From contig OZ240215.1 of the NCBI GenBank assembly GCA_965197585.1, positions 1,536,001-1,600,000 of the forward strand: DNA of 64,000 nucleotides, written 5' to 3'. Below, one piece after another: positions 9,276 through 19,469 of the stretch. The stretch is from Dehalococcoidia bacterium. Its GTDB lineage: Bacteria > Chloroflexota > Dehalococcoidia > Plut-88900. The notes beneath the pieces are model-generated. The model did no database searches and had not been told where the DNA came from. It saw only the letters and a program-made list of their open reading frames with translations. How positions within the stretch are numbered: position 1 is the first letter of the stretch; each line of letters opens with the position of its first letter. Made by a program: the position numbers and the translations under genes.

Positions 9276-10289
9276 TCAAAAGTGCGCGATCACCCCGTCC
9301 GCAAACAGCTTCAGCGACTCTTCAAGACCAGTGAACCTGCCATTGGATGCCTGCGTGTTGAGCACTACCGTATCGAACCCCGACACAGTCGCCATCCTTT
9401 CCACCTGTGCTCTAACCTCATCGGGATTTCCCGCCAAGGCCAGCTGATCGATGAATTTATCTGGCACGCCGCCCGCGTTCTTGGGTGCGTTCGGGTCATG
9501 TGGATAAGGCGAAAATCCCTTTTTGATTCGCTCGATGGCTTCCCTGTCTTCCTCGTCGAACAGGTCCGGGTTGACCCTCGACAGGAGACTTGCCACGTGT
9601 TTGGAGACGTGCTCCCGAGCCACTCCACCCTCCTTCGCAATGGCGAATGGCGCCCACATTATCACTTCCGCCTCCGAAATATCCTTCCCCGCATCCCCCA
9701 TTCCCGCGTAGGTCTTGTCCAGTCCCTCCTGCACAAAAGCCGGCCCCGACCCAGCCATCAGTATGATATTCGACGTCAGCCTCGTCGCCGCCTGCAGCAT
9801 CTTTGGCCCCGTCGCCGCGACGTATATCGGGATTTGGGTAGGACTGTTCAGCCAGGAGATGCCACCCCTCACCCCACTATCGAAATCCGTGTCCCGGTTG
9901 TCCAGCAGGTCCGTCAGCTTCCCGACATACTCCTCCATCTCCGCGATACGGGCTGGCCTTCGCCCTATGGTCCTTACCAGGCTGTTGCCTGTGCTCACAC
10001 CCAGGATCACCCTGCCCGGAGCCAGTTCGTTTAACGATGCAAATGCGCCCGCAGTCACGCTCACGTGCCGGGTATACGGCGCCGTCACCCCCGCCCCCAG
10101 CTTTATCCGGCTCGTGCCCAGGGCGCAGGCCGTCAGCGTCACGTACAGTTCCCGGCATAGCACCTGGGAATCGGCGATCCACAGGCTGTCGTAGCCAAGC
10201 TCCTCCGCCAACTGCGCTATACGCACGACCTCCGGCAGAGGTTGCTGCGCAAACATGCACGCCCCGAATTTCAACTTTCTCGTCAACAT
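9276..10289 (-). CDS. LLM-class flavin/F420-dependent oxidoreductase (Mer-like)
   Basis: AEELGYDSLWIADS, GVTAPYTRH and IPIYVAATGPKML luciferase-like motifs. Confidence 0.88.
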   Translation of the reverse strand: MLTRKLKFGACMFAQQPLPEVVRIAQLAEELGYDSLWIADSQVLCRELYVTLTACALGTSRIKLGAGVTAPYTRHVSVTAGAFASLNELAPGRVILGVSTGNSLVRTIGRRPARIAEMEEYVGKLTDLLDNRDTDFDSGVRGGISWLNSPTQIPIYVAATGPKMLQAATRLTSNIILMAGSGPAFVQEGLDKTYAGMGDAGKDISEAEVIMWAPFAIAKEGGVAREHVSKHVASLLSRVNPDLFDEEDREAIERIKKGFSPYPHDPNAPKNAGGVPDKFIDQLALAGNPDEVRAQVERMATVSGFDTVVLNTQASNGRFTGLEESLKLFADGVIAHF

Positions 10290-10390
10290 ATGTCCTCTTT
10301 ATCAGCCATTGTATCACCAGCCCTGTCCTTTCCCTGCTCTTCCTCCCCCCCCCCAAAGAAACATCCCTTGATCGTCCCGTCCCCGAGGTG

Positions 10391-10455
10391 GGGCCGCTCA
10401 CCCTGTCAGAGATCCGCCGAGGCGGAAGCTACGTCGAAGGGTCGAGCGGGGGGGG
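10391..10455. repeat. REP-like family C (CCGCTCACCCTG..GTCGAAGGGTCGAGCGG) carrying a 21-nt hairpin insert
   Basis: Same unit at about 41124-41185 and 54605-54648; related units at 27630, 41901 and 57481. Confidence 0.7.
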
Positions 10456-10510
10456 CCACGTACAGCCAATCCGTCACACCGCCCTCCCCCCGCCCTGCAC
10501 CAAAATCCCC

Positions 10511-10539
10511 TTGACTGCATGAAACGAACGTGCTAACTT
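10511..10539 (+). promoter_or_regulatory. Sigma70 promoter with a degenerate LexA-like box
   Basis: TTGACT-17-TAACTT with AAAC-GAAC-GTGC abutting the -10; same layout as 41677, 54873 and 62313. Confidence 0.5.
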
Positions 10540-10635
10540 ATCCCTCGACCCCGTCCCCCTTCAACCCAAATGCAAAAGCCTCATCACACCTTCTCCATTG
10601 ACTCCATGACTCCCGCAATTCGCTGCAGGCGTCAT

Positions 10636-10757
10636 TCAATCAAAACAGCTACGAATTCAATCAAGTCCAATCAACGTTCAATCGACTATCAATCAAGATC
10701 AATCATTTGTTAATCAAGCTCAATCACCCGTCAATCAAGTTCCGTCAAACTCAATCG
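10636..10757 (+). repeat. Helically phased (T)CAATCA(A) repeat array
   Basis: Cores at 10637, 10658, 10668, 10679, 10690, 10700, 10711, 10721, 10732, (10742) and 10752; spacing 10-11 bp. Confidence 0.85.
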
Positions 10758-10825
10758 TCGCTCATCCTTCCTCTCCCCGGCTCCCCTTGCGCCCCCACCC
10801 CCACCCCCTTATCATCCCTCCCGCT

Positions 10826-11821
10826 ATGGCCCCACCTCCAAACCCCAACTTTGCAAGAATAGTCGTCATCGGCGGCGGCACCGGCAACTACGTCGTCCTC
10901 AACGGACTCAAGCACCACACCCCCAACCTCACCGCCATCGTAGCCATGACTGACAGCGGAGGCTCCTCCGGCAGACTTCGAGACCAACTCGGTCAGCTGC
11001 CCCCCGGTGATGTCCGCCAGTGTCTCCTCGGCCTGAGCCCCGACAACCCCAACGACTCAATCCTCCGCCGCCTCCTCGACTACCGCTTCGACCGCGGCCA
11101 AGACCTCCAGGGCCACAGCTTCGGGAACCTGATGCTCGCTGCCCTCACCGAGTTAACCGGCAGCATGGCCCTCGCCATCATCGAGGCTGGACGCATGCTG
11201 CAGATCACCGGCCGCGTCCTCCCCGTAACCCTCACCAAGACCAACCTGAAGGCCCGCCTGGTCGACGGCACCGTCGTCGCCGGAGAGGCCAGCATCGACG
11301 TCCGCAGCATCAAGCCCGGCGTCCTTATCGATTATGTCTACCTCGATCCCCCTGCCCAAGTTTATCCACCCGTGGTCGAGGCAATCCTTGAAGCCGACCT
11401 GGTAGTCATGGGCCCCGGCGACCTTTACACCAGCATCATCCCCAATCTCATGGTCGACGGAGTGGGTGACGCCATAGCCCGCACCCGGGCCAGGGTTGTC
11501 TACACTTCCAATCTCATGACCAAGCCCGGAGAGTCGGACTCGTTCAAGGTCTCCGACTTCGTAAAGGAGGTGAAGGGTTACATGGGCCCGCGTGGGCGCA
11601 TCGACTATCTGCTGGTAAATAACGGCCCCATGCCAGACGACGTCGTGAACCGTTACCGTTCAAGCAATGCCCACCCCGTCGTGTTGGACACTGCGGAATG
11701 CACAGGGCTGGTTGGGCGGATAGTCCGTAGCCCGATTGTCGGATATGGAACGCAGATCAGGCACGACTCGGACGCCTTGGCCAGGATGATCATGAGCGTA
11801 GCTAGGGATCAGGCTTCGTAG
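10826..11821 (+). CDS. yvcK: YvcK/GlmR (UPF0052/CofD-like) UDP-GlcNAc-binding gluconeogenesis factor
   Basis: VVIGGGTG, DSGGSSGRLR, GHSFGNL and GPGDLYTSIIPNL motifs. Confidence 0.85.
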   Translation: MAPPPNPNFARIVVIGGGTGNYVVLNGLKHHTPNLTAIVAMTDSGGSSGRLRDQLGQLPPGDVRQCLLGLSPDNPNDSILRRLLDYRFDRGQDLQGHSFGNLMLAALTELTGSMALAIIEAGRMLQITGRVLPVTLTKTNLKARLVDGTVVAGEASIDVRSIKPGVLIDYVYLDPPAQVYPPVVEAILEADLVVMGPGDLYTSIIPNLMVDGVGDAIARTRARVVYTSNLMTKPGESDSFKVSDFVKEVKGYMGPRGRIDYLLVNNGPMPDDVVNRYRSSNAHPVVLDTAECTGLVGRIVRSPIVGYGTQIRHDSDALARMIMSVARDQAS

Positions 11822-13203
11822 CTGATGTCCCCCGACTGAGCCGTCACCTTGTTCAGCTTCCGGTTCAGGTGCAGCCCCTCGAGGATGAACTCCACGCCCG
11901 ACGCCACCATCGCCGGCTTCTTGTCGCACTCCAGCTTCTGCAACCCCTTGTCAAAGCCGCCGAGCTTCTTGACGAGACGCGTGTGCGTCCGGGAGTGGGC
12001 CATGTCCGAAATGCCCACGCTTGCCCCTTCCTGAAACTGCGTAAGTAATGCTGCGAAGTCGGTAACGTTGAAATAGCGTGCAAATACGTTGGACACGGCC
12101 CGGTCCACGAGTCCGTCCAACACCTGCTCGCTCCGCTCGTCCTCCACGGTTTCCAGCTCCAGCTTCCCCAGCGTCGACGCCTTTAGGTAAGTCAGGTCGG
12201 ATATCCTTGGCGCAGCCGCCTTCTCACCCGTGTGGAGCGCCCTCCGCATGGCGTTCCCCATAATGCTTTCGTAGTTTGCCGTGGATATCCTGACGCTGAC
12301 CCCCGACCTCTGATTCACGTCCGGGCTCTTCCTTGCCAGCGCCGACACCTGCGCCACGATCTCTTTCATAAAGTGAGGCACCAGTGTCGTACGCCCATCC
12401 TCGAATCGCCGCGCTTCACCTTCCATTATTGCAATCTCGACTTCAGGCGTCTGGGGATAGTGAGTGCGTATCTGGGCCCCATACCGGTCCTTGAGCGGCG
12501 TGATAATCCGCCCTCGGTTTGTGTAGTCCTCCGGGTTGGCGCTCGCTACGACCAGGATGTCCAAAGGCAGCCGGATCTGGTATCCCTTCACCTGGATGTC
12601 ACGTTCCTGCATCAGGTTGAACAGCCCGACTTGCAGCCTTTCCGCCAGGTCGGGAAGCTCGTTGATGCAGAAGATGCCTCGGTTGGTCCTCGGGACCAGC
12701 CCGTAGTGCACGGTCAACTCGTCGGATAGATACCGGCCCTCGGTGACCTTGATCGGATCGATGTCCCCGATTAGGTCGGCCATGGTCACGTCGGGCGTGG
12801 CGAGCTTCTCCGCGTAGCGATCGTCCCGGTGGAGCCAAGTCACCGGGGTCCCATCCCCGAGGTCTCGCGCCTTGTCCCTGCAGGTACGGCATACCGGAGC
12901 GTATGGGTTGTCATTGATCTCGCACCCCTCCACCACGGGAACTTCCTCGTCTAAAAGACTCACCAGTCCGCGGATCATCCGGCTCTTAGCCTGCCCTCGC
13001 TCCCCGAGCACGATGATGTCCTGACCCGCCAGCAGAGCGTTTTCCAGCTGAGGCATAACCGTGTCCTCGTACCCGAGGATCCCTTCAAACAGCGGCTCAC
13101 GCCCCTCCAGCTTGCGGACCAGATTCCGCCTCAATTCTGCCTTTATCGGCAGCACCTCATACCCCGACTCCCTAAGCTCTCCAACCGTACTGGCCTTTAC
13201 CAT
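11809..13203 (-). CDS. Magnesium-chelatase-like/MoxR AAA+ ATPase
   Basis: GERGQAKSR Walker A; INELPDLAERLQV and ASANPEDYTNRGRIITPLKDR motifs. Confidence 0.85.
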   Translation of the reverse strand: MVKASTVGELRESGYEVLPIKAELRRNLVRKLEGREPLFEGILGYEDTVMPQLENALLAGQDIIVLGERGQAKSRMIRGLVSLLDEEVPVVEGCEINDNPYAPVCRTCRDKARDLGDGTPVTWLHRDDRYAEKLATPDVTMADLIGDIDPIKVTEGRYLSDELTVHYGLVPRTNRGIFCINELPDLAERLQVGLFNLMQERDIQVKGYQIRLPLDILVVASANPEDYTNRGRIITPLKDRYGAQIRTHYPQTPEVEIAIMEGEARRFEDGRTTLVPHFMKEIVAQVSALARKSPDVNQRSGVSVRISTANYESIMGNAMRRALHTGEKAAAPRISDLTYLKASTLGKLELETVEDERSEQVLDGLVDRAVSNVFARYFNVTDFAALLTQFQEGASVGISDMAHSRTHTRLVKKLGGFDKGLQKLECDKKPAMVASGVEFILEGLHLNRKLNKVTAQSGDISYEA

Positions 13204-13260
13204 TTTTTCACCTTCAAATGAGTTGTTTCCACTCCTAATCCCCTCTACCTCCACCTCTAT

Positions 13261-13297
13261 CATTCCTCGCGTGGCCTCGGAATCTAGGACTTACCCC
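13261..13297. repeat. REP-like family B (CATTCC..GG AATCTAGGACTT(G/A)CCC)
   Basis: Related units at about 40047, 41251, 41451 and 55506. Confidence 0.55.
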
Positions 13298-13429
13298 TAC
13301 TCCTTCTGCCATGCCCTACCCCTCCCACGACCCCTCAAACCTAACGTTGCCCATGTTCCCAAACCCCCCTCCCCAATGTCAAATAACCCTCACCTTGCGA
13401 TACGCACGCCGCGACTGTACGCTTTCATC

Positions 13430-14596
13430 ATGCCGACCCACACCTTGACTCTAGGCTCCCTCTCACTGGACGGCGATGTTGTTGCATCGCTCAACGGCGA
13501 ATCAATACCCGTCCCCCTCGGCATCCGCGGCGAGACCGTAGAGGTCGAGGTCCATGAAAATCGGCGAGGCACAAAAACTGGCGTTGTCACCTGGGTAATT
13601 GATCCCTCCTCCCACCGCGTTGAGCCTCCGTGCCCCTACTTCGGAGAGTGTGGCGGCTGCCAATGGCAACACGTCGCCTATTCTCATCAGCTTGAGATGA
13701 AGCGCGACGTTCTCAAAAGACACCTTGAAGAGGTGGCCGGCTTGAAGTCTCCCAACGTATCCCCGACTATCGCCTCCCCTTCGCAGTCCGGATACCGGAA
13801 TCACGCACGGTTCTCCGTGGACCGGAAAGGGAGCCTCGGATTCACCAAGGCCGGGACCCACCGTCCCCTCGAGATCGCCCGCTGCCTTATCATGCACGAA
13901 GATATAAATGCCGTCTTGTCCGAACTCCAGGGCAAGGGCAAAGGCCTTCGTCAGGTCGCGGTCAGGTGTGGTGTCAACACCGGTACCCTTCTCATCCAAC
14001 CTTCCCTCACTGTCCCCGACGTAAACGTCAAGTCAGGCCAGCCCGACTTCACCGAGTCCCTCTTCGGCTACACTTTCAAAGTCTCCAGCCCGTCCTTCTT
14101 TCAGGTCAACACGCCCCAGGCCGAACGAATGACCGCCGAGCTTAGAGACCGCCTCTATCCCACCGGAGATGAACTGCTTTTCGACGCCTACGGCGGCGTG
14201 GGGACCTTCGCGGTCCTCCTGGCCCCCTACTACCGGGAGATTGTCACCCTGGAAGAATCTCCCTCGGCAATTGAGGACGCCTTGGTAAACTGCCGTCCTT
14301 TCTCCAACGTAACCGTTCTGAAGGGAAAGGCAGAGGAGGTGCTTTCGGAGATTGAGGCCCTACCCGACACCGTAATTCTCGACCCTCCCCGCGTCGGCTG
14401 CCACCCGAAGATTCTGGAGGTGCTCGCCTCCCTGCGGCCGCGGAAGATAGCCTACGTATCCTGTTCCCCTAGCACTCTGGCCCGGGATTTGGCATTCCTT
14501 ACCGGCAACGGCTATTCTCTAAGGGAAGCCGTGCCCATCGATATGTTTCCCCAGACCCACCACGTCGAGTCCATATCCATCCTCGAAAGGACCTGA
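13430..14596 (+). CDS. rlmD: 23S rRNA (uracil-C5)-methyltransferase RlmD/TrmA family
   Basis: CPYFGECGGCQWQH Fe-S motif, FFQVN, DPPR, YVSCSPSTLARD and DMFPQTHHVE. Confidence 0.88.
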   Translation: MPTHTLTLGSLSLDGDVVASLNGESIPVPLGIRGETVEVEVHENRRGTKTGVVTWVIDPSSHRVEPPCPYFGECGGCQWQHVAYSHQLEMKRDVLKRHLEEVAGLKSPNVSPTIASPSQSGYRNHARFSVDRKGSLGFTKAGTHRPLEIARCLIMHEDINAVLSELQGKGKGLRQVAVRCGVNTGTLLIQPSLTVPDVNVKSGQPDFTESLFGYTFKVSSPSFFQVNTPQAERMTAELRDRLYPTGDELLFDAYGGVGTFAVLLAPYYREIVTLEESPSAIEDALVNCRPFSNVTVLKGKAEEVLSEIEALPDTVILDPPRVGCHPKILEVLASLRPRKIAYVSCSPSTLARDLAFLTGNGYSLREAVPIDMFPQTHHVESISILERT

Positions 14597-14599
14597 CCA

Positions 14600-15259
14600 A
14601 TGGCTGTTAATAACGGCCCGACCCTGGTCCTCGCCTCCCGCTCCCCGAGACGCCGGGAGATCATGGACGCCCTCGGGGTAAGCTACGAAATCGTCCCCGC
14701 AGACATAGACGAGGCCTCACTCCTGGACCAAGCCGCTGGCCCGGAGGACGCAGCCCGTAGGCTAGCCCTGAGCAAAGCCGAAACCGTAGCAAAGCTCCGC
14801 CCCGAGGCACACGTCCTTGCCGCCGATACCGTAGTCTGCCTAAGCAGCCGCATCTTCGGTAAACCCGCTGATGAGCAGGAAGCCACCGACATGCTGAAAG
14901 CCCTGCGGGGAAAACCCCATCGGGTGGTCACGGGCCTCGCTCTTCTGCCACCTGGCCCCTCCGACCCCATCGTCGCCCACACCAACACCTCAGTCCTCAT
15001 GCGTCCCTACACCGACGAGGAAATCGACGCCTACGTCGCCACCGGCTCTCCCATGGACAAGGCGGGCGCATACGGCGTCCAGGACACTGAATTTCATCCC
15101 GCCGCCCCCGTCAATGGCTGCTACTTCAACGTAGTCGGACTTCCCCTCTGCACCGCCTCGGAGATGCTAAGGCAGGCGGGTTTCCCGCCCGTGGTGGACT
15201 TGCGTGTCGCCGCGGCCTGCGTCAGCCACCGCTGCCCCTTCGCCGGGTTCGGTCACTAG
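14600..15259 (+). CDS. maf: Maf-family nucleoside triphosphate pyrophosphatase
   Basis: LASRSPRR, ADTVV, DKAGAYGVQ and NVVGLP motifs. Confidence 0.92.
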   Translation: MAVNNGPTLVLASRSPRRREIMDALGVSYEIVPADIDEASLLDQAAGPEDAARRLALSKAETVAKLRPEAHVLAADTVVCLSSRIFGKPADEQEATDMLKALRGKPHRVVTGLALLPPGPSDPIVAHTNTSVLMRPYTDEEIDAYVATGSPMDKAGAYGVQDTEFHPAAPVNGCYFNVVGLPLCTASEMLRQAGFPPVVDLRVAAACVSHRCPFAGFGH

Positions 15260-15281
15260 CGGGCAATACCTGGAGAGCCTA

Positions 15282-16529
15282 CTACTTCCCCCGGTTACCG
15301 CCCGACAGACCACCCCCCGCGCGGGGCGAAATCATCAGCCCCGCTAAAGAAACCGCTATTGGACATAGCGCTGAGATTATCATGGCCAGATGCAGGCTTC
15401 CCGTTGCTGTCTGCACCGCCCCCACCATCACCGGCCCGATGAAGCTCCCGACCCACAACATCGTGAACATCACGCCTTGGATTACCGCTGCCTCCCGGGG
15501 CGTGATACCCGGAAGCTCGAACGGAAGCGACGTAAACGGTATCCAGAACGCCCCTCTAGCCAAGCCGTTGATTATGAAGGTCACAACCAGGATGGGCAGA
15601 GACCCGGTGAACAGTACGGCCAGCGATGTGACGGTTACCAAGACTCCTATCCCGATAAGCGGGATCCGGTAACCCCCGAATCGGCTGATCACCGGCAACA
15701 TCACGAATCCCCCCACTGCCACCACCACCCCTACCACTCCAATTATTAGCCCGGCCTGTACAAGAGACATGTCATATGTCTCTTGCATGAACTTAGGCCA
15801 GAAGGTGAATTGGGACATCTGGGCTATCGCATATCCCAGTATTCCAACACCTAGCAGCCAGGGCTCTTTGTACTTGAACAGACTCCTAATCGGCGAGCCT
15901 TCTTGCGACTGTTCTACCTCTCGGTAATCCGCGGTGCGGTTTTCACGGCCGAGTAGCAACCATGCTACCGCCATACCAATGCTGAAGAAGCCCCAGGCAT
16001 ACAGGGTCTTTCGCCAATCGTTGTCAAACGCCTCCAGCAGCATTGGCGCTACTACGAAACTCACCGTAAGGCTCACCCCGAACACGGCGTTCAGTATTCC
16101 GCTCGAAAGCTGGATCTCTTTCCGTGGCAGCCATTGCCGCACCAGAAGCACCCGAGACGCCTCCCGGGCCACCGGAGTAATCCCGAACAGTACACGCCCG
16201 AGCAGCAGGACCACAAAGTTTGCGGCCTCTGCTTGCATGAACACGAACCCAGCACCGAGAAACAGCGTGATAGCCGTCAACAGCATCGGCCTGAATCGAG
16301 ACATCCACAGCCCAAAGGGTATCGAGAAGATAAGGCTGCCAATAATTGCCGAGGATCCGAGCCACCCCTGCTCCAGGGGCGATAGCCCCAGGTCCTCCGC
16401 CATTGCGGGAAGGAGCACGCCCAGCACCAGCGCCCCAACCATCGCCGAGGCGTGCGCGATGTTAAACGTCATCATCACCACCCAGCGGTAGGATGATGGC
16501 TTGTTTGATTCTACGGCGGCACTAGTCAA
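15282..16529 (-). CDS. MFS transporter
   Basis: About 12 hydrophobic segments; paralogous to the adjacent MFS. Confidence 0.85.
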   Translation of the reverse strand: MTSAAVESNKPSSYRWVVMMTFNIAHASAMVGALVLGVLLPAMAEDLGLSPLEQGWLGSSAIIGSLIFSIPFGLWMSRFRPMLLTAITLFLGAGFVFMQAEAANFVVLLLGRVLFGITPVAREASRVLLVRQWLPRKEIQLSSGILNAVFGVSLTVSFVVAPMLLEAFDNDWRKTLYAWGFFSIGMAVAWLLLGRENRTADYREVEQSQEGSPIRSLFKYKEPWLLGVGILGYAIAQMSQFTFWPKFMQETYDMSLVQAGLIIGVVGVVVAVGGFVMLPVISRFGGYRIPLIGIGVLVTVTSLAVLFTGSLPILVVTFIINGLARGAFWIPFTSLPFELPGITPREAAVIQGVMFTMLWVGSFIGPVMVGAVQTATGSLHLAMIISALCPIAVSLAGLMISPRAGGGLSGGNRGK

Positions 16530-16573
16530 GCAGTTTGTGGCCCGCCAACTTAGGCATTGTCCGGCTCATTCGT

Positions 16574-17893
16574 TTATGCAAGGCCTTTCAAATTTTGTTT
16601 CTTGTCCGGCGGGACCCTGTCTCGGAACAGCATGAGCCCCGCGGCGGCCATTGTAAGCCCAAAGAAAGAGCTTATCACCATCGGCCACACCCGGTCTCCC
16701 GTCGCGTCCCACGCTATCCCGACAAACGCTGGGCCCATTACGCCCCCCAGCCGCCCCACTCCTTCGATAAACCCGGATGCCACCGCTATCTGCCTGTGCG
16801 TAACCCCAGGTATCTCAAACGGCACTGTCCAAATCAGCGACACGAAGGAAAACCCAACTCCGTGAAGCGCCGCAAACGTCCACAGGAGCGGCACGGTTGT
16901 ACTTGCATTCATCCCTATCGCTGTGCCGACGAGCAGCAATGCCAGTATCGTCACTATTGGACGCCGCATCCCCCTAGATATCCGTCCCATCAACATCGCC
17001 GACAAAGCCACGCTGCCTATACCCTCACAAATCGCCCCCGTCAACAGCATCGCACCTGATATGGTCTCCTCTATGCCTCGCTCTCGCAGCATCAACGTCG
17101 GCCAGAGGGTAAGTATGGAGAATTCCATTACCAGCATCCCTGCCATTCCTACCCCCACCACCCAAATGTCCTTCTCTTTGAGCACCGACCAGAGGGATGT
17201 GTCACCCGAGCTCCCGCGCTCCTGCAGAGCGGGTACGGCTATCGGTTCCTCCGTTCTGCGTTCCTTGCCGATGACGGCCCAAATAAGCGTGACTACTACG
17301 AATATTGCCCCGTATATAGTGAGTGTCCACCGCCAGCTTTCGTCCAGCCATATTTGCAAGTATGGCGTCAGTAGAAGGGCAATCACCGCCGAGGCGCCAT
17401 AGGTGGTGTTGACCAGACCGTTCACTAGCACAATCTCCCGTCTCGGGAACCACTGTGCGGTCAGCATCGCGCGCGCCGGCTGCCGAGCCACGATTGCAAT
17501 GCCGAATGCCAGGCGCGCCAGAAGCAGCACCGTATAGGTCGGGGCCCAGGCCTGGACTATCACGAACGTCGTCCCGAAGGCCAGGGACCCTAATAAGACT
17601 TTGCTCGCATCCGGCCGGGACAGCCACAGTCCTGCTGGCAGGGACATAATCATTGTCCCTATGAACATGGATGAACCCAGGAACCCCTGTTGTGCAGAGG
17701 AAAGCTCCAGGTCCTCGGATATGTTGGGCAGCAGGATGCCCAGTGAGAGCATGATGAGGGAGTTGAGAATGTTGGACAGGCCCAGGAACGCCAACACCAC
17801 AAACCTGAACCTTGATGGCGGCCTGTTACCGGGGTCTATGACGAACCCCTCCCCCGAGCATGCGATGCGGACAACATTCTCACGTCGCCGCAC
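16574..17893 (-). CDS. MFS transporter (start uncertain)
   Basis: About 12 TM segments; shares LP.I.EDL.LS..QG and PFE.PG.T.R motifs with its neighbour. Confidence 0.85.
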   Translation of the reverse strand: MRRRENVVRIACSGEGFVIDPGNRPPSRFRFVVLAFLGLSNILNSLIMLSLGILLPNISEDLELSSAQQGFLGSSMFIGTMIMSLPAGLWLSRPDASKVLLGSLAFGTTFVIVQAWAPTYTVLLLARLAFGIAIVARQPARAMLTAQWFPRREIVLVNGLVNTTYGASAVIALLLTPYLQIWLDESWRWTLTIYGAIFVVVTLIWAVIGKERRTEEPIAVPALQERGSSGDTSLWSVLKEKDIWVVGVGMAGMLVMEFSILTLWPTLMLRERGIEETISGAMLLTGAICEGIGSVALSAMLMGRISRGMRRPIVTILALLLVGTAIGMNASTTVPLLWTFAALHGVGFSFVSLIWTVPFEIPGVTHRQIAVASGFIEGVGRLGGVMGPAFVGIAWDATGDRVWPMVISSFFGLTMAAAGLMLFRDRVPPDKKQNLKGLA

Positions 17894-18031
17894 ATTCTAA
17901 AGTATTCTTTGACTACGGCGGGGGTCTTCTGCCGCTCTATTGTTGGCCGCAAGCCCTTTTCGTATACTTTCGACGTATCCCCTCTTCTCACTCATCTTCC
18001 ACGGCCTGGATTCAGAAATCCCAACTCTCAC

Positions 18032-18700
18032 GTGAACGACCTTACTGAGCCACAGGGCCTAGAGGCCCAAGAATCCCCTGCGCCTCCACAGCGTCACAAC
18101 ATGTTCTCGGGGGTTCAGCTCCTCCTGGAAAAGGCCGGCATCAAACGCCAACACCTGATTGCTGGTGCAGCCGTCGCCGCCGCGGCCGCCAGTGTCGGGG
18201 CCTTCTTCCTCCACGATTTCCTCTTCGACCAGCAAAACCTGATCTCCTTGGGCTACGCCGGCGTATTCATCTTCACGTTTCTGGGTGCGGCTACCATTTT
18301 TCTGCCCAGCGCCAGCAGTCTGGTGGTCATTGGGGCCGGGGCATGGCTCAATCCCTTCCTTGTGGGACTCGTAGCTGGCACCGCCGCAAGCCTGGGAGAG
18401 TTTACCGGATATGCCATTGGATACGAGGGCGGTGAGCTTCTCGAAAGGCGCAGCAGGGTTTTCCAACGGGCCAAAGGCTGGATGGAGAAACGCGGCAGCA
18501 TCACCCTATTTCTCCTATCGATCATACCCAATCCTTTCTTTGACGCCGCGGGTTTGGCCGCGGGCGCCAGCAAGTTCCCCATCAAGAGATTCTTCGCCAT
18601 CGTATGGGTTGGCAAGACCATCCAGGCAATCGTCGGTGCATATCTGGGGGAACGTACGTGGGACTGGCTTTCCGAGATAATCGACCGGGTACTCTCCTGA
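18032..18700 (+). CDS. DedA/VTT (SNARE-associated) membrane protein; start uncertain
   Basis: GEFTGYAIG and IPNPFFDAAGLAAG motifs. Confidence 0.8.
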   Translation: MNDLTEPQGLEAQESPAPPQRHNMFSGVQLLLEKAGIKRQHLIAGAAVAAAAASVGAFFLHDFLFDQQNLISLGYAGVFIFTFLGAATIFLPSASSLVVIGAGAWLNPFLVGLVAGTAASLGEFTGYAIGYEGGELLERRSRVFQRAKGWMEKRGSITLFLLSIIPNPFFDAAGLAAGASKFPIKRFFAIVWVGKTIQAIVGAYLGERTWDWLSEIIDRVLS

Positions 18701-18811
18701 CCCGTGCCGACTCCCTCAGTTACCCAGATACAATCTCCCCGGCATTCAGTGTAAAATTAACGCTTGGGTGCTCCCTTTTAGTCAATAGAAACAGGTCTTT
18801 TAGATAGCCTT

Positions 18812-19456
18812 ATGCCAGTTTACTATCCCGCATTTCTCAGTATTGAGGGCCGACCCTGCCTCGTCGTCGGCGGTGGCCAGATCGCCGAGCGAAAGGTCAA
18901 GGGCCTCTTGGAGGCTGGGGGCAAGGTTACCCTGGTAAGCCCCACCGTCACCCCGAGACTCCTCCGCCGCATAGACAAGGGCCAGGTCGAGTATTTCAAC
19001 CGTGAGTTCCAGTCCTCGGACATGGACGGCATATACCTCCTAATCACCGCCACCGACGACATGCCCCTCAATCGAGAGATCGGCATCGAAGGCCGCAACC
19101 TCGGCCTCGTCGTCAACGTCGTCGACGATCCCGACTATTGCGACTTCATCGCCCCCTCAATCGTCCGCCGCGGCGAGATCACCTTCGCTATCTCTACAGC
19201 CGGGGCCAGTCCCGCATTGGCCCGTTGGCTCCGACGCCAAATCGAGCAACAGTTCCCACCCTCATACGCCGGTCTTGCCAAGGTCATGGCCAAGGTCCGT
19301 CTCCAGGTTAGAGGCGGAGGCCACGTCGTCAGTGCAACTAAGTGGCAAAAGTCTATAGATGAGAGCTTCTTGACCCTGGTCAAGCAACGCAGGCTCGCCG
19401 AAGCCAGGCGTCACCTTTTCGCTGCTCTGACCAGCAGCCGGTCCACGGCCAGATGA
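18812..19456 (+). CDS. Precorrin-2 dehydrogenase/sirohydrochlorin ferrochelatase (SirC/CysG N-terminal-like)
   Basis: LVVGGGQIAERK, VNVVDDP.YCDF and ISTAGASP motifs. Confidence 0.9.
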   Translation: MPVYYPAFLSIEGRPCLVVGGGQIAERKVKGLLEAGGKVTLVSPTVTPRLLRRIDKGQVEYFNREFQSSDMDGIYLLITATDDMPLNREIGIEGRNLGLVVNVVDDPDYCDFIAPSIVRRGEITFAISTAGASPALARWLRRQIEQQFPPSYAGLAKVMAKVRLQVRGGGHVVSATKWQKSIDESFLTLVKQRRLAEARRHLFAALTSSRSTAR

Positions 19457-19469
19457 ACGAGCCGCGACG

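Noticed and set aside
10636-10757. Possible CRISPR array or oriC DnaA-box cluster
   Set aside because: Period is only 10-11 bp, the cores do not match TTATCCACA, and dnaA is not nearby.
13061-13429. Long N-terminal extensions in the ORF track (rlmD here; likewise purL, sufS, rplI, yvcK)
   Set aside because: They overlap neighbouring genes or repeats; family homology and RBS position support the downstream starts.
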